The position numbers were made by a program, and so were the translations under genes. 64,000 nucleotides of DNA from Antedon mediterranea. Its lineage: Eukaryota > Animalia > Echinodermata. The notes beneath the pieces are model-generated. The model was not told where the DNA came from and did not search any database. It saw nothing but the letters and a program-made list of their open reading frames with translations. The stretch lies in assembly GCF_964355755.1 (NCBI RefSeq), contig NC_092677.1, positions 21,625,175 through 21,689,174 of the forward strand, read 5' to 3'. This document shows positions 41,101-52,700 of this stretch, one piece after another (within the stretch, counting starts at the first letter, position 1; each line of letters begins with the position of its first letter).

Positions 41101-44100
41101 TTTATGACTGAAGAGCTGATAATAGTCTATTTATATGAAATGAATAATAAATCAATCAAAAATAATGCCATGCAACTTTGTTTCTGATTTTAAAAAAGGT
41201 TCACTTGTTGAGGCCTGACATTTACAACCCTCAAAATATCTCACCTTCAAAAACAATATTTATTTTCAAATAAAAAAAAAAGAAAAAAAAATATCCCTAG
41301 AAGTTCGAACCCACTATTGAAATCACTCAAACCTGAGCATTACCCGTTCGCCGCAAACCATTTTATGACTAAAGAGCTGATAATAGTCTATTTAGATGAA
41401 ATGGATGATCAATCAATGAAAAATAATGCCATGAAATTTTGTTTCTGATTTTAAAAAAGGTTCACTTGTTTAGGCCTGACAGTTGCAACCCTAAAAATAT
41501 CTCACTTTCAAAAACAATATTTATTTTCAATTTAAAAAAAAAGAAAAAAAAATACCCGTATAGGTTCGAACCCACTACTGAGAGCACTCAAACCTGAGCA
41601 TTACACGTTACGCCACAAACCAGTAGATGACTGAGGAGCTGATAATAGTCTATATATATGAAATGAATGATCAATCAATGAAAAATAATGCCATGCAACT
41701 TTGTTTCTGATTGAAAAAAATGTTCACTTGTTTAGGCCTGACATTTACAACCCTCAAAATATCTCACTTTCAAAAACAATATTTATTTTCAAATAAAAAA
41801 AAAAAAAAAAAAAATATCCCTAGAAGTTCGAACCCACTATTGAAATCACTCAAAACTGAGCATTACCCGTTACGCCGCAAACCAGTATATAACTGAAGAG
41901 CTGATAATAGTCTATTTATATGAAATGGATGATCAACCAATGAAAAATAATGCCATGCAACTTTGTTTCTGATTTTGAAAAAGGTCCACTTGTTTAGGCC
42001 TGACATTTACAACCCTCAAAATATCTCACTTTCAAAAACAATATTTTTTCAATTAAAAAAAAAGAAAGAAATAAAATATCAGTAGAGGTTCGAACCCTCT
42101 AGTGAGAGCACTCAAACTTGAGCATTACCCGCTACGCCACAAACCAGTAGATGACTGAAGAGCTGATAATACTCTATTTATATGAAATAAATAATAAATC
42201 AATGAAAAATAATGCCATGCAACTTTGTTTCTGATTTTAAAAAAGGTTCATTTGTTTAGGCCTGTCATTTACAACCCTCAAAATATCTCACCTTCAAAAA
42301 CAATATTTATTTTCAAATAAAAAAAAAAGAAAAAAAATATCCCTAGAAGTTCGAACCCACTATTGAAATCACTCAAACCTGAGCATTACCCGTTCGCCGC
42401 AAACCATTTTATGACTGAAGAGCTGATAATAGTCTATTTATATGAAATGGATGATCAATCAATGAAAAATAATGCCATGCAACTTTGTTTCTGATTTTAA
42501 AAAAGGTTCACTTGTTTAGGCCTGACAGTTGCAACCCTAAAAATATCTCACTTTCAAAAACAATATTTATTTTCAATTAAAAAAAAAAGAAAAAAAAATA
42601 CCCGTATAGGTTCGAACCCACTACTGAGAGCACTCAAACCTGAGCATTACACGTTACGCCACAAACCAGTAGATGACTGAGGAGCTGATAATAGTCTATA
42701 TATATGAAATGAATGATCAATCAATGAAAAATAATGCCATGCAACTTTGTTTCTGATTGAAAAAAATGTTCACTTGTTTAGGCCTGACATTTACAACCCT
42801 CAAAATATCTCACTTTCAAAAACAATATTTATTTTCAAAAAAAAAAAATTAAAAAAAAAATTTCCCTAGAAGTTCGAACCCACTATTGAAATCACTCAAA
42901 ACTGAGCATTACCCGTTACGCCGCAAACCAGTAGATGACTGAAGAGCTGATAATACTCTATTTATATGAAATGAATAATAAATCAATCAAAAATAATGCC
43001 ATGCAACTTTGTTTCTGATTTTAAAAAAGGTTCACTTGTTTAGGCCTGACATTTACAACCCTCAAAATATCTCACTTTCAAAAACAATATTTATTTTCAA
43101 TTTAAAAAAAAAAAAAATCCCTAGAGGTTCGAACCCACTACTGAAAGCACTCAAACCTGAGCATTATCCGTTACGCCACAAACCAGTAGATGACTGCGGA
43201 GCTGATAATAGTCCATTTATATGAAATGAATGATCAATCAATGAAAAATAATGCCATGCAACTTTGTTTCTGATTTTAAAAAAGGTCCACTTGTTTAGGC
43301 CTGACATTTACAACCCTCAAAATATCTCGCTTTCAAAAACAATATTTATTTTCAATTAAAAAAAAAGGAAAAAAAATATTCGTAGAGGTTCGAACCCACT
43401 ACTGCGAGAACTCAAACCTGAGCACTACCGGTTACGCCACAAACCAGTAGATGACTGAAGAGCTGATAACAGTCTATTTATATGAAATGAATGATCCATC
43501 AATGTAAAATGATGTTATGCAACTTTGTTTCTGATTTTTAAAAAAGGTCCACTTGGTTAGGCTTGACATTTAAAACCCTTAAAATATCTCACTTTCAAAA
43601 ACCATATTTATTTTCAATTTAAAAAAAAAGAAAAAAAATATCCCTTGAGGTTCGACCCACTACTCAGAGCACTCAAACCTGAGCATTACTCGTTACGCCA
43701 CAAACCAGTAGATGACTGAAGAGCTGGTAATAGTCTATTTATATGAAATGAATTATCAATCAATGAAAAATAATGCCATGCAACTTTGTTTCTGATTTTA
43801 AAAAAGATCCATTTGTTTAGGCCTGACATTTACAACCCTAAAAAATATCTCATTTTCAAAAAAAATATTTATTTTCAATAAGAAAAAAAAAAGCAATATC
43901 CCTAGAGGTTGGAACCCGCTACTGAGAGCACTCAAACCTGGGTATTACCCGTTACGCCACAAACCAGTAGATAACTGAAGAGCTGATAATAGTCTATTTA
44001 TATGAAATTAATGATCAATCAATGAAAAATAATGCCATGCAACTTTGTTTCTGATTTTAAAAAAGGTCCACTTGTTTAGGCCTGACATTTACAACCCTCA

Positions 44101-47100
44101 AAATATCTCACTTTCAAAAACAATATTTTTTTCAATAAAAAAAAAAAACAAAATATTCGTAGAGGTTCGAACCCACTACTGCGAGAACTCAAACCTGAGC
44201 ATTACCCGTTACGCCTCAAACCAGTAGATGACTGAAGAGCTGATAATACTCTATTTATATGAAATTAATAATAAATCAATGAAAAATAATGCCATGCCAC
44301 TTTGTTTCTGATTTTAAAAAAGGTTCACTTGTTTAGGCCTGACATTTACAACCCTCAAAATATCTCACTTTCAAAAACAATATTTATTTTAAATAAAAAA
44401 AAAAAAAAAGAATATCCGTAGAGGTTCGAACCCACTAGTGAGAGCACTCAAACTTGAGCATTACCCGTTACGCCACAAACCAGTAGATAACTGAAGAGCT
44501 GATAATAGTCTATTTATATGAAATGAATGATCAATCAATGAAAAATAATGCCATGCAACTTTGTTTCTGATTTTAAAAAAGGTCCACTTGTTTAGGCCTG
44601 ACATTTACAACCCTCAAAATATCTCACTTTCAAAAACAATATTTTTTTCAATAAAAAAAAAAAAGAAAAAAAATATTCGTAGAGGTTCGAACCCGCTACT
44701 GCGAGAACTCAAACCTGAGCATTACCCGTTACGCCTCAAACCAGTAGATGACTGAAGAGCTGATAATACTCTATTTATATGAAATTAATAATAAATCAAT
44801 GAAAAATAATGCAATGCAACTTTGTTTCTGATTTTAAAAAAGGTTCACTTGTTTAGGCCTGATATTTACAACCCTCAAAATATCTCACTTTCAAAAACAA
44901 TATTTATTTTAAATAAAAAAAAAAGAAACAAAATACCCGAAGAGGTTCGAACCCACTAGTGAGAGCACTCAAACTTGAGCATTACCCGTTACGCCACAAA
45001 CCAGTAGATGACTGAAGAGCTGACAATACTCTATTTATATGAAATAAATAATAAATCAATGAAAAATAATGCCATGCAACTTTGTTTCTGATTTTAAAAA
45101 AGGTCCACTTGTTTAGGCCTGACATTTACAACCCTCAAAATATCTCACTTTCAAAAACCATATTTATTTTCAATTTAAAAAAAAAAAGAAAAAAAATATC
45201 CCTAGAGGTTCGACCCACTACTCAGAGCACTCAAACCTGAGCATTACCCGTTACGCCACAAACCAGTAGATGACTGAAGAGCTGATAATAGTCTATTTAT
45301 ATGAAATGAATGATCAATCAATGAAAAATAATGCCATGCAACTTTGTTTCTGATTTAAAAAAAGGTTCACTTGTTTTGGACTGACATTTACAACCCTAAA
45401 AATATCTCACTTTCAAAAACAATATTTATTTTCAATTTAAAAAAAAAAAGAAAAAAAATATCCCTAGAGGTTCGACCCACTACTCAGAGCACTCAAACCT
45501 GAGCATTACCCGTTACGCCACAAACCAGTAGATGACTGAAGAGCTGATAATAGTCTATTTATATGAAATGAATGATCAATCAATGAAAAATAATGCCATG
45601 CAACTTTGTTTCTGATTTTAAAAAATATCCATTTGTTTAGGCCTGACATTCAAAACCCTAAAAATATCTCATTTTCAAAAAAAATATTTATTTTCAATAA
45701 GAAAAAAAAAAGCAATATCCCTAGAGGTTCGAACCCACTACTGCGAGAACTCAAACCTGAGCATTACCCGTTACGCCTCAAACCAGTAGATGACTGAAGA
45801 GCTGATAATACTCTATTTATATGAAATGAATGATCAATCAATGAAAAATAATGCCATGCAACTTTGTTTCTGATTTAAAAAAAGGTTCACTTGTTTAGGC
45901 CTGACATTTACAACCCTAAAAATATCTCACTTTAAAAAACAATATTTATTTTCAATTTAAAAAAAAATCCCTAGAGGTTCGAACCCACTACTGAGAGAAC
46001 TCAAACCTGAGCATTATCCGTTACGCCACCAACCAGTAGGTGACTGAGGAGCTGATAATAGTCTATTTATATGAAATAAATGATCAATCAATGAAAAATA
46101 ATGCCATGCAACTTTGTTTCTGATTTTAAAAAAGGTTCACTTGTTTTGGCCTGACATTTACAACCCTCAAAATATCTCACTTTCAAAAACAATATTTTTT
46201 CAATTAAAAAAAAAAAGAAATAAAATATCAGTAGAGGTTTGAACCCACTAGTGAGAGCACTCAAACTTGAGCATTACCCGCTACGCCACAAACCAGTAGA
46301 TGACTGAAGAGCTGATAATACTCTATTTATATGAAATAAATAATAAATCAATGAAAAATAATGCCATGCAACTTTGTTTCTGATTTTAAAAAAGGTTCAT
46401 TTGTTTAGGCCTGACATTTACAACCCTCAAAATATCTCACTTTCAAAAACCATATTTATTTTCAATTTAAAAAAAAAAGAAAAAAAATATCCCTAGAGGT
46501 TCGACCCACTACTCAGAGCACTCAAACCTGAGCATTACCCGTTACGCCACAAACCAGTAGATGACTGAAGAGCTGATAATAGTCTATTTATATGAAATGA
46601 ATGATCAATCAATGAAAAATAATGCCATGCAACTTTGTTTCTGATTTAAAAAAAGGTTCACTTGTTTTGGACTGACATTTACAACCCTAAAAATATCTCA
46701 CTTTCAAAAACAATATTTATTTTCAATTTAAAAAAAAAAATCCCTAGAGGTTCGAACCCACTACTGAGAGAACTCAAACCTGAGCATTATCCGTTACGCC
46801 ACCAACCAGTAGGTGACTGAGGAGCTGATAATAGTCTATTTATATGAAATAAATGATCAATCAATGAAAAATAATGCCATGCAACTTTGTTTCTGATTTT
46901 AAAAAAGGTTCACTTGTTTTGGCCTGACATTTACAACCCTCAAAATATCTCACTTTCAAAAACAATATTTTTTCAATTAAAAAAAAAAAAAGAAATAAAA
47001 TATCAGTAGAGGTTTGGACCCACTAGTGAGAGCACTCAAACTTGAGCATTACCCGCTACGCCACAAACCAGCAGATGACTGAAGAGCTGATAATACTCTA

Positions 47101-47424
47101 TTTATATGAAATAAATAATAAATCAATGAAAAATAATGCCATGCAACTTTGTTTCTGATTTTAAAAAAGGTTCATTTGTTTAGGCCTGACATTTACAACC
47201 CTCAAAATATCTCACTTTCAAAAACCATATTTATTTTCAATTTAAAAAAAAAAGAAAAAAAATATCCCTAGAGGTTCGACCCACTACTCAGAGCACTCAA
47301 ACCTGAGCATTACCCGTTACGCCACAAACCAGTAGATGACTGAAGAGCTGATAATAGTCTATTTATATGAAATGAATGATCAATCAATGAAAAATAATGC
47401 CATGCAACTTTGTTTCTGATTTAA
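20109..47424. repeat. ~261-bp tandem satellite array, segment 2 (~105 monomers)
   Basis: Same monomer and orientation. It resumes mid-monomer (AAAAGGTTCACTTG) exactly where it was interrupted at 18558. Confidence 0.99.
23828..23948 (-). promoter_or_regulatory. Representative monomer with consensus Pol III type-2 promoter elements, upstream TATA and oligo-T terminator
   Basis: TATAAATA at 23948-23941. A box TGGCGTAACGG at 23905-23895 fits TRGYNNARYGG. B box GGTTCGAACC at 23862-23853. T15 run at 23842-23828. Confidence 0.6.
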
Positions 47425-47839
47425 ACAAGCACGAATGTGCAATACTCGGGGAACAGCGAAAGAAGCTGTAATGACGTCATAAGACCGGATGTAACGTCAC
47501 ATACACATCAAAAACCGCGCTACCAAATACGGCTATACGATACCATCTTCGAGACGTCATATGGCTGCATCCGGTATGAAATTAAAAAATCCGGCTCTCT
47601 ATAGCTTTGAGGACATGTCCCTGTAGTATATTCATGCTAAATCCGAGCTCAATACTACAACGAATAAGGGAGGAGTAGTACTTTATAAATTGCACTTTTT
47701 GCTCAATAGTGTCCGGATGGAAGAAGAAGAGGAAAAGATGAGAGAGTCCTAGACTCAGGTACCCCGACTAATAAAACGATATATACTCTATATCATTTTA
47801 CGTATACAGTATATTTCACCATAAAGTTAAAGAAAAATA

Positions 47840-47913
47840 GGTTTCGCCAGGGCTCGAACCGGGACCTTCTGCGAGTTAAGCAGACTTGACAACCACTACA
47901 CTACTACGAAAGT
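47840..47913 (-). pseudogene. tRNA-Val(AAC)-derived pseudogene
   Basis: Counterpart of 18974-19044, with a 3-bp duplication (CTACTAC) near its 5' end. Confidence 0.8.
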
Positions 47914-48126
47914 TCTTACACCAAAAATGTGTGTTACACAAAGTTTTTTAATCCATTTAAATTACAAATAAATTATTATGTAATAAGCACAAAGCAAGAT
48001 AAACATGTGTAAAAGTGATAATTACCGATTACACAAAATAAATATTTTTTAAAATAATAAAAATAAGATATACTGTAAATCATATTACCTTATCAGTACT
48101 TTTTACCATAAAGTTGAAAAAAAAAA

Positions 48127-48198
48127 GGTTTCGCCCGGGCTCGAACCGGGGACCTTCTGCGTGTTAAGCAGACGTGATAACCACTACGCCAAGAAGCC
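48127..48198 (-). tRNA. tRNA-Val(AAC)-like sequence, probably a pseudogene
   Basis: Identical by eye to 19257-19328. Intact anticodon and T arms, mismatched acceptor stem, T10 terminator. Confidence 0.75.
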
Positions 48199-48350
48199 GC
48201 ATATAACTACATAACGCTGTGGTGTGTGTCACACATTGTGGCTTCTTAATTAAACAAATTAATTAACAAAAAAGCACGAATGTGCAATACTCGGGGTACA
48301 GCGAAAGAAGCTGTATACAGACGTATACAGTTTGAAAGTAAAGAAAAATA

Positions 48351-48421
48351 GGTTTCGCCAGGGCTCGAACCGGGACCTTCTGCGTGTTAAGCAGACTTGA
48401 CAACCACTACACTACGAAACC
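48351..48421 (-). tRNA. tRNA-Val(AAC)-like sequence, the copy with the best acceptor stem
   Basis: Reverse complement: GGTTTCGTAGTGTAGTGGTTGTCAAGTCTGCTTAACACGCAGAAGGTCCCGGTTCGAGCCCTGGCGAAACC. Perfect 7-bp acceptor stem GGTTTCG/CGAAACC and perfect anticodon arm. G10-A25 and T-stem mismatches remain. Confidence 0.7.
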
Positions 48422-48635
48422 TCTTACATTAAAAATGTGGGTTACAGAAAGTTTTTTAATCCATTTAAATTACAAATAAATGGTAATAAGCACAAAGCAA
48501 AATAAACATGTGTAAAAGTGATAATTACCGATTACACAAAATAAGTATTTAAAAAAATAATAAAAATAAAATATACTCTGTATAATTATCATATTGCGTA
48601 TACAGTACTTTTCACCATAAAGTTTAAAAAAAAAA

Positions 48636-48707
48636 GGTTTCGTCCGGGCTCGAACCAGGTACCTTCTGCTTGTTAAGCAAACGTGATAACCACTACGCCA
48701 AGAAGCC
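48636..48707 (-). pseudogene. tRNA-Val(AAC)-derived pseudogene
   Basis: Counterpart of 19774-19845. The nested element sits ~6 bp upstream of its 5' end. Confidence 0.8.
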
Positions 48708-48716
48708 GCATATTAT

Positions 48717-48878
48717 ACAAATAATGAATGTTTATGAGTGTAATGGTACAAATAATGGCACTTGGTGAATGATGAAAGGTTATATCAACGAGGCAAAGCC
48801 GAGTTGATATAACCTTTCATCATTCACCAAGTGCCATTATTTGTACCATTACACGAATACAAAACATTCATTATTTGT
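48717..48878. repeat. Long inverted repeat / hairpin
   Basis: Perfect 52-bp arms (48738-48789 and 48803-48854) around GAGGCAAAGCCGA, plus 17-bp outer arms (48717-48733 and 48862-48878). Confidence 0.97.
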
Positions 48879-49083
48879 TTTATATAACATCTAAATAAAT
48901 TCTAGTTATTTGAATCAAATAAAAGGTAGCCCTAACCAAAGCTTACTACATTTCATTCACACACATTTGATTAAAAACAGTAACATTTGGTTTTTAATAA
49001 TGTTATATTAAATGTTATATTTATATGGATTTCGTAAACACACCTACTTTTGTGTTAATTATGTCAACAAACGACCAAACAAT

Positions 49084-49183
49084 CCTAGGCCTAGCAAGGC
49101 TAAAACGCCTAGGCTAGGCCTAGCCTAATACTAGCATGGCCTAAGGCTAGGCCTAGACCTAGTAGCCTAGTACTAGCTTGGCT
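49084..49183. repeat. Low-complexity cluster of CTAG/TAGGCCTA palindromic motifs
   Basis: Sequence reads CCTAGGCCTAGC...GCCTAGGCTAGGCCTAGCCTA...GGCTAGGCCTAGACCTAGTAGCCTAGTACTAGC. Confidence 0.85.
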
Positions 49184-49795
49184 GAAAGGCAAAACATCGA
49201 CAGACAATTGGAACTTATCTAAGCTAATTATGGTTTTTCCAACAATTCCACGTCTTGTAGGGATGTCCCCATTAATTAATCAAAATCCTAAAAACGATCT
49301 AAAGCTAATTTAAATGCCTTTTTACAAAGGTGGCGCTGTTGTATTTCACAGTACATAGCCATATCATAGGATAATTTGTGTACTAGATTTTTTTTCATCC
49401 GCGAGACGATTTTTTTTCGTACACAAAAATGTTTCAAAAAGTACTATTTAACGATCGTTGAATAGTGCGTACTATTGCACGCCATGTGACCCACAATCAT
49501 CCAATCAAATGACAGGAATTTATTTAGGTGTTATATAAAACCATATAACTACATAACGCTGTGGTGTGTGTCACACATTGTGGCTTCTTAATTAAACAAA
49601 TTAATTAACAAAAAATTAAAAATCCGGCTCTATAGATTTGAGAACATGTCCCTGTAGTATATTCATGCCAAATCCCAGCTCAATACTACAACGAATAAGG
49701 GAGGAGTAGTACTTTAAAAATCGCACTTTTTACTCAATAGTGTCCAGATGGTGGAGGAGAAAATGAGTAAGTACTAGACTCGGGTACCCCGAGTA

Positions 49796-52700
49796 AAAAA
49801 TATCCATTTGTTTAAGCCTGACATTCACAACCCTAAAAAATATCTCATTTTCAAAAAAAATATTTATTTTCAATAAGAAAAAAAAAGCAATATCCCTAGA
49901 GGTTCGAACCCACTACTGCGAGAACTCAAACCTGAGCATTACCCGTTACGCCTCAAACCAGTAGATGACTGAAGAGCTGATAATACTCTATTTATATGAA
50001 ATTAATAATAAATCAATGAAAAATAATGCCATGCAACTTTGTTTCTGATTTTAAAAAAGGTTCACTTGTTTAGGCCTGACATTTACGACCCTCAAAATAT
50101 CTCACTTTCAAAAACAATATTTATTTTAAATAAAAAAAAAAAGAAACAAAATATCCGTAGAGGTTCGAACCCACTAGTGAGGGCACTCAAACTTGAGCAT
50201 TACCCGTTACGCCACAAACCAGTACCGTAGATGACTGAAGAGCTGATAATACTCTATTTATATGAAATAAATAATAAATCAATGAAAAATAATGCCATGC
50301 AACTTTGTTTCTGATTTTAAAAAAGGTCCACTTGTTTACGCATGATATTTACAACCCTCAAAATATCTCACTTTCAAAAACCATATTTATTTTCAATTTA
50401 AAAAAAAAAGAAAAAAAACATCCCTAGAGGTTCGACCCACTACTCAGAGCACTCAAACCTGAGCATTACCCGTTACGCCACAAACCAGTAGATGACTGAA
50501 GAGCTGATAATAGTCTATTTATATGAAATGAATGATCAATCAATGAAAAATAATGCCATGCAACTTTGTTTCTGATTTTAAAAAAGGTTCACTTGTTTTG
50601 GCCTGACATTTACAACCCTCAAAATATCTCACTTTCAAAAACAATATTTTTTACATTAAAAAAAAAAAAGAAATACAATATCAGTAGAGGTTCGAACCCA
50701 CTAGTGAGAGCACTCAATCTTGAGCATTACCCGCTACGCCACAAACCAGTAGATGACTGAAGAGCTGATAATACTCTATTTATATGAAATAAATAATAAA
50801 TAAATGAAAAATAATGCCATGCAACTTTGTTTCTGATTTTAAAAAAGGTTCATTTGTTTAGGCCTGTCATTTACAACCCTCAAAATATCTCACCTTCAAA
50901 AAAAATATTTATTTTCAATAAAAAAAAAAAGAAAAGAAATATCCCTAGAGGTTCGAACCCACTACTGCGAGCACTCAAACTTGAGCATTACCCGTTACGC
51001 CTCAAACCAGTAGATGACTGAAGAGCTGATAATACTCTATTTATATGAAATGAATAATAAATCAATGAAAAATAATGCCATGCAACTTTGTTTCTGATTT
51101 TAAAAAAGGTTCACTTGTTTAGGCCTGACATTTACAACCCTCAAAATATCTCACCTTCAAAAACAATATTTATTTTCAAATAAAAAAAAAAGAAAAAAAA
51201 TATCCCTAGAAGTTCGAACCCACTATTGAAATCACTCAAACCTGAGCATTACCCGTTCGCCGCAAACCATTTTATGACTGAAGAGCTGATAATAGTCTAT
51301 TTATATGAAATGGATGATCAATCAATGAAAAATAATGCCATGCAACTTTGTTTCTGATTTTAAAAAAGGTTCACTTGTTTAGGCCTGACAGTTGCAACCC
51401 TCAAAATATCTCACTTTCAAAAACAATATTTATTTTCAATTAAAAAAAAAATAAAAAAAAAATACCCGTATAGGTTCGAACCCACTACTGAGAGCACTCA
51501 AACCTGAGCATTACACGTTACGCCACAAACCAGTAGATAACTGAGGAGCTGATAATAGTCTATATATATGAAATGAATGATCAATCAATGAAAAATAATG
51601 CCATGCAACTTTGTTTCTAATTGAAAAAAATGTTCACTTGTTTAGGCCTGACATTTACAACCCTCAAAATATCTCACTTTCAAAAACAATATTTTTTCAA
51701 TTAAAAAAAAAAAAGAAATAAAATATCAGTAGAGGTTCGAACCCACTAGTGAGAGCACTCAAACTTGAGCATTACCCGTTACGCCACAAACCAGTAGATG
51801 ACTGAAGAGCTGATAATACTCTATTTATATGAAATAAATAATAAATCAATGAAAAATAATGCCATGCAACTTTGTTTCTGATTTTAAAAAAGGTCCACTT
51901 GTTTAGGCCGGATATTTACAACCCTCAAAATATCTCACTTTCAAAAACCATATTTATTTTCAATTTAAAAAAAAAAGAAAAAAAATATCCCTAGAGGTTC
52001 GACCCACTACTCAGAGCACTCAAACCTGAGCATTACCCGTTACGCCACAAACCAGTAGATGAGTGAAGAGCTGATAATAGTCTATTTATATGAAATGAAT
52101 GATCAATCAATGAAAAATAATGCCATGCAACTTTGTTTCTGATTTTAAAAAAGGTCCACTTGTTAAGGCCTGACATTTACAACCCTCAAAATAACTCACT
52201 TTCAAAAACCATATTTATTTTCAATTTAAAAAAAAAAGAAAAAAAATATCCCTAGAGGTTCGACCCACTACTCAGAGCACTCAAAACTGAGCATTCAAAA
52301 CTGAGCATTACCCGTTACGCCACAAACCAGTAGATGACTGAAGAGCTGATAATAGTCTATTTATATGAAATGAATGATCAATCAATGAAAAATAATGCCA
52401 TACAACTTTGTTTCTGATTTTAAAAAAGACCCATTTGTTTAGGCCTGACATTCACAACCCTAAAAAATATCTCATTTTCAAAAAAAATATTTATTTTCAA
52501 TAAGAAAAAAAAAGCAATATCCCTAGAGGTTGGAACCCGCTACTGAGAGCACTCAAACCTGGGTATTACCCGTTACGCCACAAACCAGTAGATAACTGAA
52601 GAGCTGATAATAGTCTATTTATATGAAATCAATGATCAATCAATGAAAAATAATGCCATGCAACTTTGTTTCTGATTTTACAAAAGGTTCACTTGTTTAG

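Larger units (their letters stand above)
48714..49538. mobile_element. ~825-bp nested non-autonomous DNA element with a large terminal hairpin and asymmetric inverted repeats (unclassified)
   Basis: Absent from copy 1, where the empty site is CATAT|AACC at ~19847-19855. It contains a palindrome at 48717-48878. Its internal segment ~48878-48915 is an imperfect inverted repeat of its right end ~49504-49540. No ORF and no clear TSD. Confidence 0.75.
47425..49795 (-). mobile_element. Composite Helentron/HINE-like element, copy 2 (contains a nested insertion)
   Basis: Near-identical to 18559-20108, with the same termini (ACAAGCACGAATGTGCAATACTCGGGG ... CTAGACTCGGGTACCCCGAGTA) and in the homologous A-tract of the monomer. 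It is ~820 bp longer because of the insert at 48714-49538. Confidence 0.8.
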
